From positions 32,001 to 96,000 of the forward strand of contig JBBRPR010000022.1 in NCBI GenBank assembly GCA_038227875.1: a DNA stretch of 64,000 nt, in the 5' to 3' direction. The notes beneath the pieces were generated by a model, which searched no databases, was not told the origin of the DNA, and saw nothing but the letters and a program-made list of their open reading frames with translations. The position numbers were made by a program, and so were the translations under genes. Position 1 is the first letter of the stretch. Each line of letters starts with the position of its first letter. Source of the stretch: Planctomycetota bacterium (GTDB lineage Bacteria; Planctomycetota; SZUA-567; H5-PLA8). Shown one piece after another: positions 18,118 through 27,745 of the stretch.

Positions 18118-20205
18118 CTATTCGCCATCGTGTGCACTGGTGCCGTCGAGTACTTCGCGTACTTTGCGCACAAGTGCGATGGGGGTGAAGGGCTTTTCCA
18201 GGAAATGAATGGGCAGGCCCGGCAGGCTCTCGAGGTTCAACGCGCTGTCAGAATAACCCGACGTCAGCAGCACTTTGATCTCCGGATTTTTCGCGCGCAG
18301 CCGTTCCGCCAGTTCGTGGCCGCCCATCTTGGGCATCACGATGTCGGAGAGCAGCAACTGGATCGCTTCATTTTCCCGCTCGAAGATTTCAATCGCTTCG
18401 GTGCCGTTGGCGGCGACGAGGATCGTGTAGCCGTTGGATTCCAGCATCGCATGAACCAGTTCTCGCACGTTCTGATTGTCTTCGACCAGCAGAATAGTTT
18501 CACGTCCCGCAGCGGTTTTGACACTTGGAATTTGAACCGACGAAGAGGAGGCTTCTCCGTAGGAAATAGGCAGGTAAATCTTGAACGTCGTACCCATGCC
18601 CAGTTCGCTATAAACCTCGACTGAACCGCCGCTCTGCTTGACGATGCCGTAGACGGTGGAAAGCCCCAGTCCGGTACCCTTCCCCTGCTCTTTGGTGGTG
18701 AAGAACGGTTCGAAAATGCGCGCGCGAACGCCTTCTTCCATGCCGGATCCGGTATCGCTGACGGCCAGCATCACGTATTCGCCGGGGGTGACGTCCGGAT
18801 GCGAGCGGCAGTAATCCTCGGAAAGCGTGACGTTTCCAGTTTCGATCAAAATCCGCCCGCCGTTGGGCATCGCGTCGCGGGAATTGACGACCAGGTTCAT
18901 CAGCACCAGTTCGATCTGCCCGGGATCGACCTTCACGACTTTCAACGCCGGCGAGAGCTTGGCGGAGAGCGTGATGCTCTCGGGAATCAAGCGCCGCAGC
19001 ATCTGGTCCATGTTCGCGGCGACCTTGTTCAGGTCGAGAATCTTCGGTTCGAGAATCTGGCGGCGGCTGAAGGCGAGCAGCTGGCGCGTCAGCGAGGTGG
19101 CGCGATCGCCGGTCTTGCGGATCAGCTCCAGATACTGCTGCAGTTTGTCATCCGGGGCCAGGCTGTCGCTGAGTAACTGGCAGCAGCCGTTGATCACGGT
19201 CAGCATGTTGTTGAAGTCGTGCGCCAGGCCACCGGCGAGTTTGCCGACCGCCTCGAGCTTTTGCGAATGGTTGAGCTGCTCTTCGAGCCGCGTGCTGGCC
19301 ACTTCGGCGAGTTTGCGGTTGATGCCCAGCGCAATCGTGTCGGCGCTGGCGCCCAGCGAGGTCAGCAGGAATGGGCTGATCGACCGGGGCATGGTAATGC
19401 CCAGCACGCCGATCACGCGTTCTTCGACCATCAGCGGATAGCAGGCGACGGCCACGACGTCGGGATGGACCATCCAGGCTTCGTTGCGGCAGGCGGGGTG
19501 GCTTTGAACATCGTTGGAAAGGAATTTTTCGCGCGAGCGAGCCACTTCCCCGATGATCGTATGGCCCAGCGCAATGCTGGGGCAAATTTCGTCCTTCGCG
19601 CCGGCGCATCCTTGCAGTTCAAGCGTCGCATTGACATTGAGCGTCCAGATCGCGGCGGAGACTGCGTCGAGCTGTTCGACCAGAGAGGTCAGGCAGGAGT
19701 TCAGAATTTCTGCAAGACTGTTCTTGGCCGTGAGCACCGTAGCGACTTCGGCGGCGAGCGCGGCGACGGCGGATTTCTCCAGCACGGCGTCTTCGGCAAG
19801 TTTGCGTTCGGTGATGTCCTGTGAGACGCCGGCGATGCGTACGACCTTTTTGCCGGCATCGTCGAAAATTGGAAAGACGCGGTCCCAGACACAGCGCACC
19901 GATCCGTCGGGCCGGTTGATGCGGTATTCAAAATCGACGCGGCTTTCGGTGGATAGCGTCAGCGCCTGAATCCGGGCGCGGTCGCGGGGATGGACGGACT
20001 GCAGAAACGATTCGGGATGGTCGTAGAGACTCTGGCAGCTCCGTCCAAAAAGCTGCTCATAACCCGGGCTGACGTAGTGCATCACGTCGCGTTTGGGCGA
20101 GGACATCCAGAACACTTCGGTGACGACCTGTGAAAGCTGACGTAAACATTCGTCGCTTTCGCGCTGACGGTTGTGCTCCGAATTGCCGAGCGGAGTGGAA
20201 TCCAT
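18118..20205 (-). CDS. Cytoplasmic hybrid sensor histidine kinase, PAS-GAF-HisKA-HATPase-REC (CckA-like)
   Basis: AGGLAHDFNNML H-box, NLVVNSRDAM, FEPFFTTKEQGKGTGLGL, REC LLLSDIVMP; no TM segments. Confidence 0.93.
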   Translation of the reverse strand: MDSTPLGNSEHNRQRESDECLRQLSQVVTEVFWMSSPKRDVMHYVSPGYEQLFGRSCQSLYDHPESFLQSVHPRDRARIQALTLSTESRVDFEYRINRPDGSVRCVWDRVFPIFDDAGKKVVRIAGVSQDITERKLAEDAVLEKSAVAALAAEVATVLTAKNSLAEILNSCLTSLVEQLDAVSAAIWTLNVNATLELQGCAGAKDEICPSIALGHTIIGEVARSREKFLSNDVQSHPACRNEAWMVHPDVVAVACYPLMVEERVIGVLGITMPRSISPFLLTSLGASADTIALGINRKLAEVASTRLEEQLNHSQKLEAVGKLAGGLAHDFNNMLTVINGCCQLLSDSLAPDDKLQQYLELIRKTGDRATSLTRQLLAFSRRQILEPKILDLNKVAANMDQMLRRLIPESITLSAKLSPALKVVKVDPGQIELVLMNLVVNSRDAMPNGGRILIETGNVTLSEDYCRSHPDVTPGEYVMLAVSDTGSGMEEGVRARIFEPFFTTKEQGKGTGLGLSTVYGIVKQSGGSVEVYSELGMGTTFKIYLPISYGEASSSSVQIPSVKTAAGRETILLVEDNQNVRELVHAMLESNGYTILVAANGTEAIEIFERENEAIQLLLSDIVMPKMGGHELAERLRAKNPEIKVLLTSGYSDSALNLESLPGLPIHFLEKPFTPIALVRKVREVLDGTSAHDGE

Positions 20206-20452
20206 CCGTAGCCCTTTGTACGGCTAACAATCAACGGCTACTGACGGACGTAGCGACCTGGGGAATGGACAATTCCTAATTGTTGATTATGAAGCAACCT
20301 CTGTCGACTTTTCTGCACAATGCGATGTTTGAGCCGTTGGAAATTATTGTAGGTAACATTCTGAAAGTCAATAAAAATACATAAGCTCAAGGGAAGGCTT
20401 TTATTAAGACAGTATAAATCGGCTGTTATTGCCTTGCAGATCGAGGGGTTAA

Positions 20453-20809
20453 TCATGACTTGCCGGTCACGGCGATGCGTTCCATGGCCATTTTGCTCTG
20501 GAGCAGCTGCAGCGCCATCTGGTGGGTCATGGAGTTCTTGTTCATCTCGGCGAGTTCTTTTTCGACGCTCACATTGTTGCCGTCGGCTCGCGGCATGTCA
20601 GTGGTGTCATCCTTGACGGCGAATTGCGCGGTCTCCGGGTGGCCGGCGCTGACCGCATCGGCCAGTTCCTGTTCAAAGTTCACGTCCTTGCGCGTGTAGC
20701 CGGGAGTATCGACGTTGGCGAGGTTGTTGGAGAGTACCTTGTGCCGCATCGCGGTGGCGTCAAGGAGCTGCACCAGGGTTTGCGTGGCCACATCCATTTT
20801 CGTTTTCAT
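20453..20809 (-). CDS. flgB: Flagellar basal-body rod protein FlgB
   Basis: RHKVLSNNLANVDTPGYTRKDVNF, RADGNNVSVEKE; AGGAG RBS. Confidence 0.95.
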   Translation of the reverse strand: MKTKMDVATQTLVQLLDATAMRHKVLSNNLANVDTPGYTRKDVNFEQELADAVSAGHPETAQFAVKDDTTDMPRADGNNVSVEKELAEMNKNSMTHQMALQLLQSKMAMERIAVTGKS

Positions 20810-20834
20810 CGCGGACTCCTTTTCACAACCCAAC

Positions 20835-23066
20835 TCAACCGTGCGCTTTGGTGGCGGCCGGTACGGCGGGCAGTTCTTCGCGTTCCTTCTGCAGGTTGCT
20901 CAGCCACTTCAACTTTTCGACTTTCCATTTCGCATCGTGAAGGATGTCGGCAATCTCGGCGCCGGTTTCGTTGGCGTTGACGGTGAGCAGTTTTTCATAG
21001 CCCTTGATCGCGTCGTCCAGTTTTCCAGAGCGCTGGTCCATCAGCGCCAACTGGTACATGGCGATGGAGACCAGCATCGGGTTCTTCGGTTCGGTGGTGA
21101 GACCGGAGAAGATCTCGCGCGCTTCGCCATCGCGGCCCAGTTGCTGGAGCAGGAACGCGCGGCGGATTTTGATCTGCGCGGCCCGTTCGGAGTTGACGGT
21201 CATGTGGAGCATTTCGTCGTAAAGCGCCGCGCCGCGCTTGAGATCGGTGGAGCGTTCCTGGATTTCGGCGATCTTGATCATCGCCTGCGCCGAGGCCAGT
21301 GAGTTGGGCTGCGTGCGCATGATTTCTTTCAAGATCGCCACCGCTTCAGAACCCTTGCCGTTCTGGTCGAGCAGTTCGGCTTCCTCCAAGTCGGCGACGG
21401 TGGTCATGTCGCTGGCCGGCCAGTCGCGATGGAGCTGATCGAGACGCTTCTGCACGCCTTCCTTGTCGTTGCCCAGCCGCATCGCGCGGATGCCCGCGCA
21501 CAGCGCCTGGGGCTCGTACTGTTCGCGGGCTTCGTAGGGAGCTTCCAGCAGATTCTTGAGCAGAAGATTGACCTGGTCGTTGGCGTGATCCACCATTTCG
21601 ACGGCGAGGAAGCACTGCGCACACTTCAGGCGCGATTCGATGGCGAACGACGCCTTCGGATGCTGGTCGGCGGCGCTGGCGTAACTGCGCGCGGCGCTGA
21701 GCATGTCGCCTTCTTCGTCATAGGTGCGGGCGATGCCGTATTGGGCGGTGGCGTGAACGTTGTCGCTGTAACGCGGTCCCATCAGGCCCGTCAGCGTGGC
21801 GCGGGCGTCGCCGTGCTTGCCGGCGAGAATCTGCACCTCCGCGAGCTTCATCGCAATTGGCGTGTTCTGACTGTCGAGTCCCGCGGCGCGCGAGTAACAA
21901 TCGATCGCTTCGGAATACGCTTTGTTTTTGACGTGGATGTCGCCGGCATGTTCCGCTGCGGTGCGGGCGTACTCGGTTCCGGGATGGCCGCGCTCAATGG
22001 TGCGGTATTCGTTGAGCGCTTCCTTGGTTTTGCCCATCTGTGTCAGGCAGTCGGCGGCAGCCAGCAGCGCCGGACCCGCGTGGGAATCGTGCGGGAAGCC
22101 GTCGGCCAGCGTGAGGTACTCTTTGCGCGCCTCTTCGGGCTTGCCGGATACCATCAAGGCGTGCGCCAGGTTGGCGCGGGCGTCGAGGGCTTGTGGCACA
22201 TCAGGGAAGTGTTCCAAGATGTGCCGATTGGAGGCAATCACCTGTGGCCAATCTTCTTCCTGTTCGGCCAGCGACGCCAGACCTGTGTCGGCGTCGAGGA
22301 CCGCCGGCGTGTCGGCGTAAGTGCTGAGCACTTTCTGGTAGACGGCGCGGACATGATTGCGCAGGTCCTGTTCATACGGTGTGAATTTGGTGGTCGGCGC
22401 GATCTTGTGGTGCGCTTCATCGGTTTCATCGAGGAACTTTTCGAGGAAGCCGGTGGGTTTGGTTTCCGCCGCCGGCTCAGTCTGCGCGACAGTCTTCGCA
22501 CCGGAGTCCGGCGCAGGGAGCAGAGTAGTCACCGCCGCAGGAGCGGCAGGCGCAGGCGCTGGCTGCGGCAGATTGGCGCGAGCAGTCACCGATCCGGAGC
22601 GATGATCGTCCTTGGCGCGCTCGAGCATTGCGAGGCGTTTTTCAAACTGCTGGCTGGCGACAGCGACCTGCTGCTTGGTCTGCTGCAGTTGCGCGTCCAT
22701 TCCGGCGACTCTTTGCGTGACGTCCTGCAACTGCTTGTTCTGCGCTTCGGAGCTGGATTCAAACGTGCCGAATTTCTGTTCGACGGCATCAACGCGGTTC
22801 TGGATCTTGTCCTGCGTGTCAGCGATGTTCGCCATCAACTCCAGACTCTGATCGACCGCAGCCGACGTACCGGGGCGGGCCACATCGCGGGGCGGCGGCA
22901 GCGCTTCGCCGCCAGGGCGGACCTTGTACTTGGCTGCGGCTTCGGAAATGTCGCGGACCTGGGGTGTCTTGTGCGGCGGAGGCGCGGCCGCTTCGCGGTG
23001 TACGTTGCAGGACGTCTGCATCAGCAGCGCGCCCCCCGAGCACAGGATCAGCAATAAACGCTTCAC
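20835..23066 (-). CDS. Large TPR-repeat protein, probable lipoprotein or exported protein
   Basis: 743 aa; signal-like N-terminus ending LLMQTSC, coiled coil, Pro/Ala linker, many TPR-like helices (e.g. ALLAAADCLTQMGKTKEALNEY). Confidence 0.8.
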   Translation of the reverse strand: MKRLLLILCSGGALLMQTSCNVHREAAAPPPHKTPQVRDISEAAAKYKVRPGGEALPPPRDVARPGTSAAVDQSLELMANIADTQDKIQNRVDAVEQKFGTFESSSEAQNKQLQDVTQRVAGMDAQLQQTKQQVAVASQQFEKRLAMLERAKDDHRSGSVTARANLPQPAPAPAAPAAVTTLLPAPDSGAKTVAQTEPAAETKPTGFLEKFLDETDEAHHKIAPTTKFTPYEQDLRNHVRAVYQKVLSTYADTPAVLDADTGLASLAEQEEDWPQVIASNRHILEHFPDVPQALDARANLAHALMVSGKPEEARKEYLTLADGFPHDSHAGPALLAAADCLTQMGKTKEALNEYRTIERGHPGTEYARTAAEHAGDIHVKNKAYSEAIDCYSRAAGLDSQNTPIAMKLAEVQILAGKHGDARATLTGLMGPRYSDNVHATAQYGIARTYDEEGDMLSAARSYASAADQHPKASFAIESRLKCAQCFLAVEMVDHANDQVNLLLKNLLEAPYEAREQYEPQALCAGIRAMRLGNDKEGVQKRLDQLHRDWPASDMTTVADLEEAELLDQNGKGSEAVAILKEIMRTQPNSLASAQAMIKIAEIQERSTDLKRGAALYDEMLHMTVNSERAAQIKIRRAFLLQQLGRDGEAREIFSGLTTEPKNPMLVSIAMYQLALMDQRSGKLDDAIKGYEKLLTVNANETGAEIADILHDAKWKVEKLKWLSNLQKEREELPAVPAATKAHG

Positions 23067-24280
23067 TTGCGTTCCTCCTTCGAGCGGGACTGCGCGACCA
23101 GACGGATCATTTCAGCATACTTCAGCGATACCCGCGCACGTTCTTCCGAGCTGAGTCCACTGGCGTCGGAGACCCAGGGATTGATCAGGCGCTGCGCTTC
23201 GGCGAGATTTCCTTTTTCGACCGCGCGGCGAACCGAGGCCCACTGATCGTCAGGCACGTTCGGTTTTTCGACGGGCGTTTCTTTGGACATGCTGGGTTTG
23301 TCGTGAGCGACGGGCTTTTCTGGGGCCAGTTCGTTGAGGTCCAGCACTTCAGCGCGCACCAGGCCCTTGGTGTCTTCGCGCTTGGCGCGGTCAAGCTCCA
23401 CGCGCGCCAGTTCAACCAGAGCAGTGGCGTGAACGTCGCGGGGCGCGGGATTCTTGACGAGGTGCTCGAGTTCGTCGCGCGCTTCGTCGCGGCGGCCGAG
23501 GGCAAACATCGATTGCGCGCGCATCAGGCGAACTTCCTGAATGCGGTCGCTCTTGGGGAAGGTCTTCACGAACACGTCCATCGACTGCTGCGCGTCTTCC
23601 CAGCGGCCGAGGTGGGTCAGGCAGAGTCCGGCGCGGTACTGCGCCCATTCCTTGTCGGCAGCGGAGAGATTGGACGTGAGCAGCGAGGCGTAGGAGTCGA
23701 AAGCCTTCTGAAAGCGAAGCTGGGCCGGGAGCGCTTCGGCCTGGTAGGTTGCATCGGCGAGTTGCTTGATCCACATGGTGTCGTCGCGGCCCATGAGGTT
23801 CATGGCCTTCATCGCGATCATGCGGGCGTCATCGTAATTGCCGCGGGTGTAGAGATCATTGTAGCGGAGCTGGAGTTGCTGGACTTCGTCGAGGTCCTTG
23901 GCTTTCTCTTTCTTTTTCTCGTCCTCGATCTTCTTCAGTTCTTCGGGGCTCGGCCGCTTTTCTTCGGCCTTCTTCTCTTCCTTCTTTTCTTCCTTTTTCT
24001 CGTCCTTCTTTTCGCCGTCCTTCTTCTCTTCGCCCTTCTTTTCGTCCGCCTTCTCCCCGCCCTTTTCGGCGCCTTCCTTCTTTTCGGATTCAGGCTTGGC
24101 TTTGGCTTTGTCGGCGGCTTCTTCAGATTTGGCTTCGGCGATCTTGGGATCTTCGCCTTCGATCACAGGTGCGCTGTCGGCTGGAGCCTTCTTGGAGCCG
24201 ATGGCCATCAGGCCGACTCCAAAAATGAGAGCGCCGATCGCGAACGCGCCTCCTAAATTGATAATCATGTCCTTCTTCAT
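23063..24280 (-). CDS. Membrane-anchored TPR protein with Lys/Glu-rich linker
   Basis: N-terminal TM, roughly 80-aa K/E low-complexity tract, TPRs (AQYRAGLCLTHLGRWEDA...FVKTFPKS); overlaps the next gene (GTGA). Confidence 0.8.
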   Translation of the reverse strand: MKKDMIINLGGAFAIGALIFGVGLMAIGSKKAPADSAPVIEGEDPKIAEAKSEEAADKAKAKPESEKKEGAEKGGEKADEKKGEEKKDGEKKDEKKEEKKEEKKAEEKRPSPEELKKIEDEKKKEKAKDLDEVQQLQLRYNDLYTRGNYDDARMIAMKAMNLMGRDDTMWIKQLADATYQAEALPAQLRFQKAFDSYASLLTSNLSAADKEWAQYRAGLCLTHLGRWEDAQQSMDVFVKTFPKSDRIQEVRLMRAQSMFALGRRDEARDELEHLVKNPAPRDVHATALVELARVELDRAKREDTKGLVRAEVLDLNELAPEKPVAHDKPSMSKETPVEKPNVPDDQWASVRRAVEKGNLAEAQRLINPWVSDASGLSSEERARVSLKYAEMIRLVAQSRSKEERK

Positions 24281-24312
24281 GGGCAGTCACCCTTGTAATG
24301 GAGTGAACCATT

Positions 24313-24327
24313 GCAAAGGTGAGACCA
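24313..24327 (-). promoter_or_regulatory. Sigma54 -24/-12 promoter for TPR-TPR-flgB
   Basis: Minus strand TGGTCTCACCTTTGC (GG-N10-GC). Confidence 0.6.
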
Positions 24328-24457
24328 TCGGACACTGCAAAATTTGCCTGATGAACGAAAACCCACCGCTGGCAGGCTCCCTCGCGATCACAACTGATCA
24401 CGGCCAAGGGAGGATTTAGCCCAAAGCACGGGCCCCAAGCGACTTGCAGCGGTCTGG

Positions 24458-24964
24458 TTAGCGCAGATCGTCGAACTTCAGGACCATTTCGACGACCAGC
24501 TGATGGCCGGCAATGTCGAAGTAGCCCGCGCACCAATTGCCGCCCGAGAGGGTTTGGGTCGTATGATGCGGACCGACGACGACAGTCGGGACGGACATCT
24601 TCACGGCTTCGCCCACGCAGGACGAAAGCGTGGTCTTGAAGCTCCCGACCGTAATGTTGGCGATTTCGCCGACCGCGTCGCGGACTTCGTCGCTGATCTC
24701 CGCTGGCGGATTAGCCATCGGCGGCTCGCCAATCATCGCCAGCGAAAGCGTGTTGGCCAGCGCGCTGCTGCCGTGAAGAATCACGGTGCCGGTGAGCGCT
24801 GAGCCGGTCAGGACGATCAGTGCCGACACATCAGCAACGATGCGCTGCGCCTGACCCTCCTTCGTCTCCGTCAGCGTCGCCTGCAGACTGGTGGTGCTCT
24901 CAAGTACCTGCGAGACCGCCGACATCAGTCCGGTCGAGAGATCGATTCCGCTTGCCGTTTTCAC
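24458..24964 (-). CDS. cheX: Chemotaxis phosphatase CheX
   Basis: VRDAVGEIANITVG (E-x2-N motif), MSVPTVVVG. Confidence 0.9.
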   Translation of the reverse strand: MKTASGIDLSTGLMSAVSQVLESTTSLQATLTETKEGQAQRIVADVSALIVLTGSALTGTVILHGSSALANTLSLAMIGEPPMANPPAEISDEVRDAVGEIANITVGSFKTTLSSCVGEAVKMSVPTVVVGPHHTTQTLSGGNWCAGYFDIAGHQLVVEMVLKFDDLR

Positions 24965-24993
24965 AACGTCCTCCTCGCTCTAACTGCCCCGTG

Positions 24994-25827
24994 TTACTCC
25001 GCCTGGTAATAGACCGCCTTGCCACTTTGTGTCCGCGAGAACCCCTCGCAGACGTTGATCACTGTCTCGGCGCTGCCCAGAAAGAGCGCGCCCTTGGGAT
25101 TGAGACTGCCGCGCAGCTGCTCAAGGATCTGCTTTTTCAGCGGCAATTCGAAATAGATCAGTACATTGCGGCATAGAATCAGATCGAAGCTGCCCATCGT
25201 TTTCAGATTGCCCAGCAGGTTGAGCACCTGAAACCGCGGCATTGTGCGAATTTGGTCTTTCAACTGCCAGTCGCGGCAGTTCTGCGTGAAATGCTTCACC
25301 AGCAGCTGCGCCGGAAGGCCGCGGTTCACTTCCAATTGCGAAAATATCCCCTGCTGCGCCCGGGCCACCGCCTGCGTGGAGATGTCAGTCGCCAGCAAAT
25401 CAACTTTCCAACCGGGAAGTCCGCGGAAATGTTCCTGCAGGAGCATGCAGATGGAGTAGACCTCCTGTCCGGTGGAACACGCGGCGCTCCAGATACGCAG
25501 CGTTTTGCTCGCGGCATTGGCGGCGATGATTTTCGGGAGCAGATCGGTGCGCAGTGCTTCGAAAACGCTCTGGTCTCGGAAAAAGGACGTTTCGTGGGTG
25601 GTCAACGCGTCGACGACATCGTTGCGAAGCATCTTTTCCGAAGGAGTGCGAACCCGGCGAAGGACCTCGGTGCTGGTGGTGTTCAAGCGGCGTGCAAGAT
25701 CGTATAGGCGTGTCTCGACCAGATACTTTTTAGTCGTATCGAGTACGATTCCACACTCCGCGAAAATGAACTGTTGCACGAACGTCAGATCTGCAACAGT
25801 CAGCGCGCTATCGCCGACGACAAACAT
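24994..25827 (-). CDS. cheR: Chemotaxis methyltransferase CheR
   Basis: TTHETSFFRD, IWSAACSTGQEVYS, FDLILCRNVLIYF; start approximate. Confidence 0.96.
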   Translation of the reverse strand: MFVVGDSALTVADLTFVQQFIFAECGIVLDTTKKYLVETRLYDLARRLNTTSTEVLRRVRTPSEKMLRNDVVDALTTHETSFFRDQSVFEALRTDLLPKIIAANAASKTLRIWSAACSTGQEVYSICMLLQEHFRGLPGWKVDLLATDISTQAVARAQQGIFSQLEVNRGLPAQLLVKHFTQNCRDWQLKDQIRTMPRFQVLNLLGNLKTMGSFDLILCRNVLIYFELPLKKQILEQLRGSLNPKGALFLGSAETVINVCEGFSRTQSGKAVYYQAE

Positions 25828-26852
25828 CGTTCCACCTCTGCTGCCACGTTTTGAATCGGCACCACCACATCGGCCAGACCAGCTTCGACCACCACTCCGG
25901 GCATACCCCACACCACACTGGATTCCTTGTCCTGCGCTATGATCCGCGCCTTATGGCGGCGCAATTCCTGGACACCGAGCAGACCATCGCGTCCCATGCC
26001 CGTCAGAATCGCGCCCAACGCCGCCTGACCGTAGACTTCGGCCACGGAACGGAAGAGGACATCGACCGCGGGACGACAGGAATTCTCCTGCGGCCGCTGA
26101 TCCAGCGCGGTGAACACCTGTCCTCCCATGCGCTTGACCGTGAGATGGTAATTTCCGGGCGCGATGTACGCGGTGCCTGGTGTCAGTAGCATGCCAGCTT
26201 CGGCCTCAACCACGGAAATTTCTGAATCCGCGTCGAGGCGTTCGGCCAGCAGGCGCGTGAACATCGGCGGCATGTGCTGGACGATCACGATAGGCACAGG
26301 GATATCTTTCGGCAGCATCGGAAGGAGTGTCGCCAGCGCATTGGGGCCGCCGGTGGAGACGCCGATTGCAACAATCTGCCGCTGCACGCGCTTATTTGAA
26401 TCGCGCCAGGTCGGCCGGATCACAGCTTGCGGCGCCGGGACATGGACTTTGAACTGCTTGATCTTGGCGATCAGTTCATCTTTGATGTACGCCGTATTGG
26501 CAGCCACACTGCCAAGATCGGCACCCTTGGGCAGGAAATCTGCCGCGCCAAGCGCCATCGCTTCGAGAGTCTGGGCGGCGCCGCGTTCGGAATGGACGCT
26601 GAACACGATCACGCGAATGTGCGGATGCGTGGCCTTCAGCCGCCGCAGCACGCCCATGCCGTCCAGTTCCGGCATTTCCAGATCGAGTGTGATCACGTCG
26701 GGGTTAAGCTGAGCGACTTTCTGCAGCGCGATGTTGCCATTGGGCGCGGTGCCGGCGAGTTGCAATTCCGGATCGGCGGAAATCACGTCGGAAACGACAC
26801 GACGGAAGACCACGGAATCATCCACAACCAGTACGCGCAGCGGCCTGTTCAT
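25800..26852 (-). CDS. cheB: Chemotaxis methylesterase CheB (REC + esterase)
   Basis: REC LDLEMP; GVSTGG, VQHMP, LTGMGRDG. Confidence 0.97.
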   Translation of the reverse strand: MNRPLRVLVVDDSVVFRRVVSDVISADPELQLAGTAPNGNIALQKVAQLNPDVITLDLEMPELDGMGVLRRLKATHPHIRVIVFSVHSERGAAQTLEAMALGAADFLPKGADLGSVAANTAYIKDELIAKIKQFKVHVPAPQAVIRPTWRDSNKRVQRQIVAIGVSTGGPNALATLLPMLPKDIPVPIVIVQHMPPMFTRLLAERLDADSEISVVEAEAGMLLTPGTAYIAPGNYHLTVKRMGGQVFTALDQRPQENSCRPAVDVLFRSVAEVYGQAALGAILTGMGRDGLLGVQELRRHKARIIAQDKESSVVWGMPGVVVEAGLADVVVPIQNVAAEVERCLSSAIAR

Positions 26853-27235
26853 TGCTCGATGGCTCCCATCAGCATCTGCAGCTTTTCCTGGAGCGCTTCG
26901 GGCCCAAAGGGTTTCATCAGGTATTCGTTGGCGCCTTCGTTCAGCGCCAGGACCACTCCTGCCATTTCCGATTCCGACGTGACCATGCAGACGCGCACGT
27001 CTTTAAACCGCACGTCGGCGCGCAGGACACGCAGACATTGGATGCCGTCCATCACCGGCATGTTCCAATCGAGCAGGATAAAACCGATTCCCGGAACGCG
27101 GTTGAGCGTCTCCAGTGCCGTGCGGCCGTTGTCGGCTTCGTAGACTTCAACTTGCAACGCACGGAGGCTGTTGCCCACGATGCGCCGGATAACACGGGAG
27201 TCATCCACAACCAGGGCTTTCAAAGGTCCGCTCAT
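26849..27235 (-). CDS. cheY: Chemotaxis response regulator CheY
   Basis: Single REC domain VVDDS, LDWNMP, MKPF, inside the che operon. Confidence 0.92.
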   Translation of the reverse strand: MSGPLKALVVDDSRVIRRIVGNSLRALQVEVYEADNGRTALETLNRVPGIGFILLDWNMPVMDGIQCLRVLRADVRFKDVRVCMVTSESEMAGVVLALNEGANEYLMKPFGPEALQEKLQMLMGAIEQ

Positions 27236-27720
27236 GATTCTGATGGTCCTCCGACTTGGATGACGCGATTGACGTTCAGTGCGATAAGCAGCGTCGATTT
27301 CAGTTTGTATACGCCCTCAACCAGCTCACGCTGGACGCCTTTTAACATGTCGGGTGATTGTTCGAAGACATCAGCGCCAACTTCAATGACGTCACCGATT
27401 TCGTCGACCAGCAGCGAGACTGGACCGTCGCTGGTCTGCGCGACCAGGTTCATCACCGGTGCATCGGACTTGCGCGCCGCCAATCCCAGTCGCAGACGCA
27501 AATCAATCGCGAGCACAATCTGGCCGCGAAGATTGATCAGGCCGCTAACCACCGGCGTCGCCAGGGGCACGCGCGTCATGGCTTGAGCGCGGATGACTTC
27601 CTGCACGTGGATGACGTCGACGCCAAAAAGATGACCGCTGAGATAGAAGGTGACAAACTGCCGAGTCCCGACTTTCCCCGGTGCGTCGGCAGCCGAATTC
27701 TTTTCCATAGTTGCAACCAT
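27232..27720 (-). CDS. cheW: Chemotaxis coupling protein CheW
   Basis: VQEVIR, GLINLRGQIV, LLVDEIGDV. Confidence 0.95.
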   Translation of the reverse strand: MVATMEKNSAADAPGKVGTRQFVTFYLSGHLFGVDVIHVQEVIRAQAMTRVPLATPVVSGLINLRGQIVLAIDLRLRLGLAARKSDAPVMNLVAQTSDGPVSLLVDEIGDVIEVGADVFEQSPDMLKGVQRELVEGVYKLKSTLLIALNVNRVIQVGGPSES

Positions 27721-27745
27721 CTTCGGTACTCCTCAAAAGAGTTTC

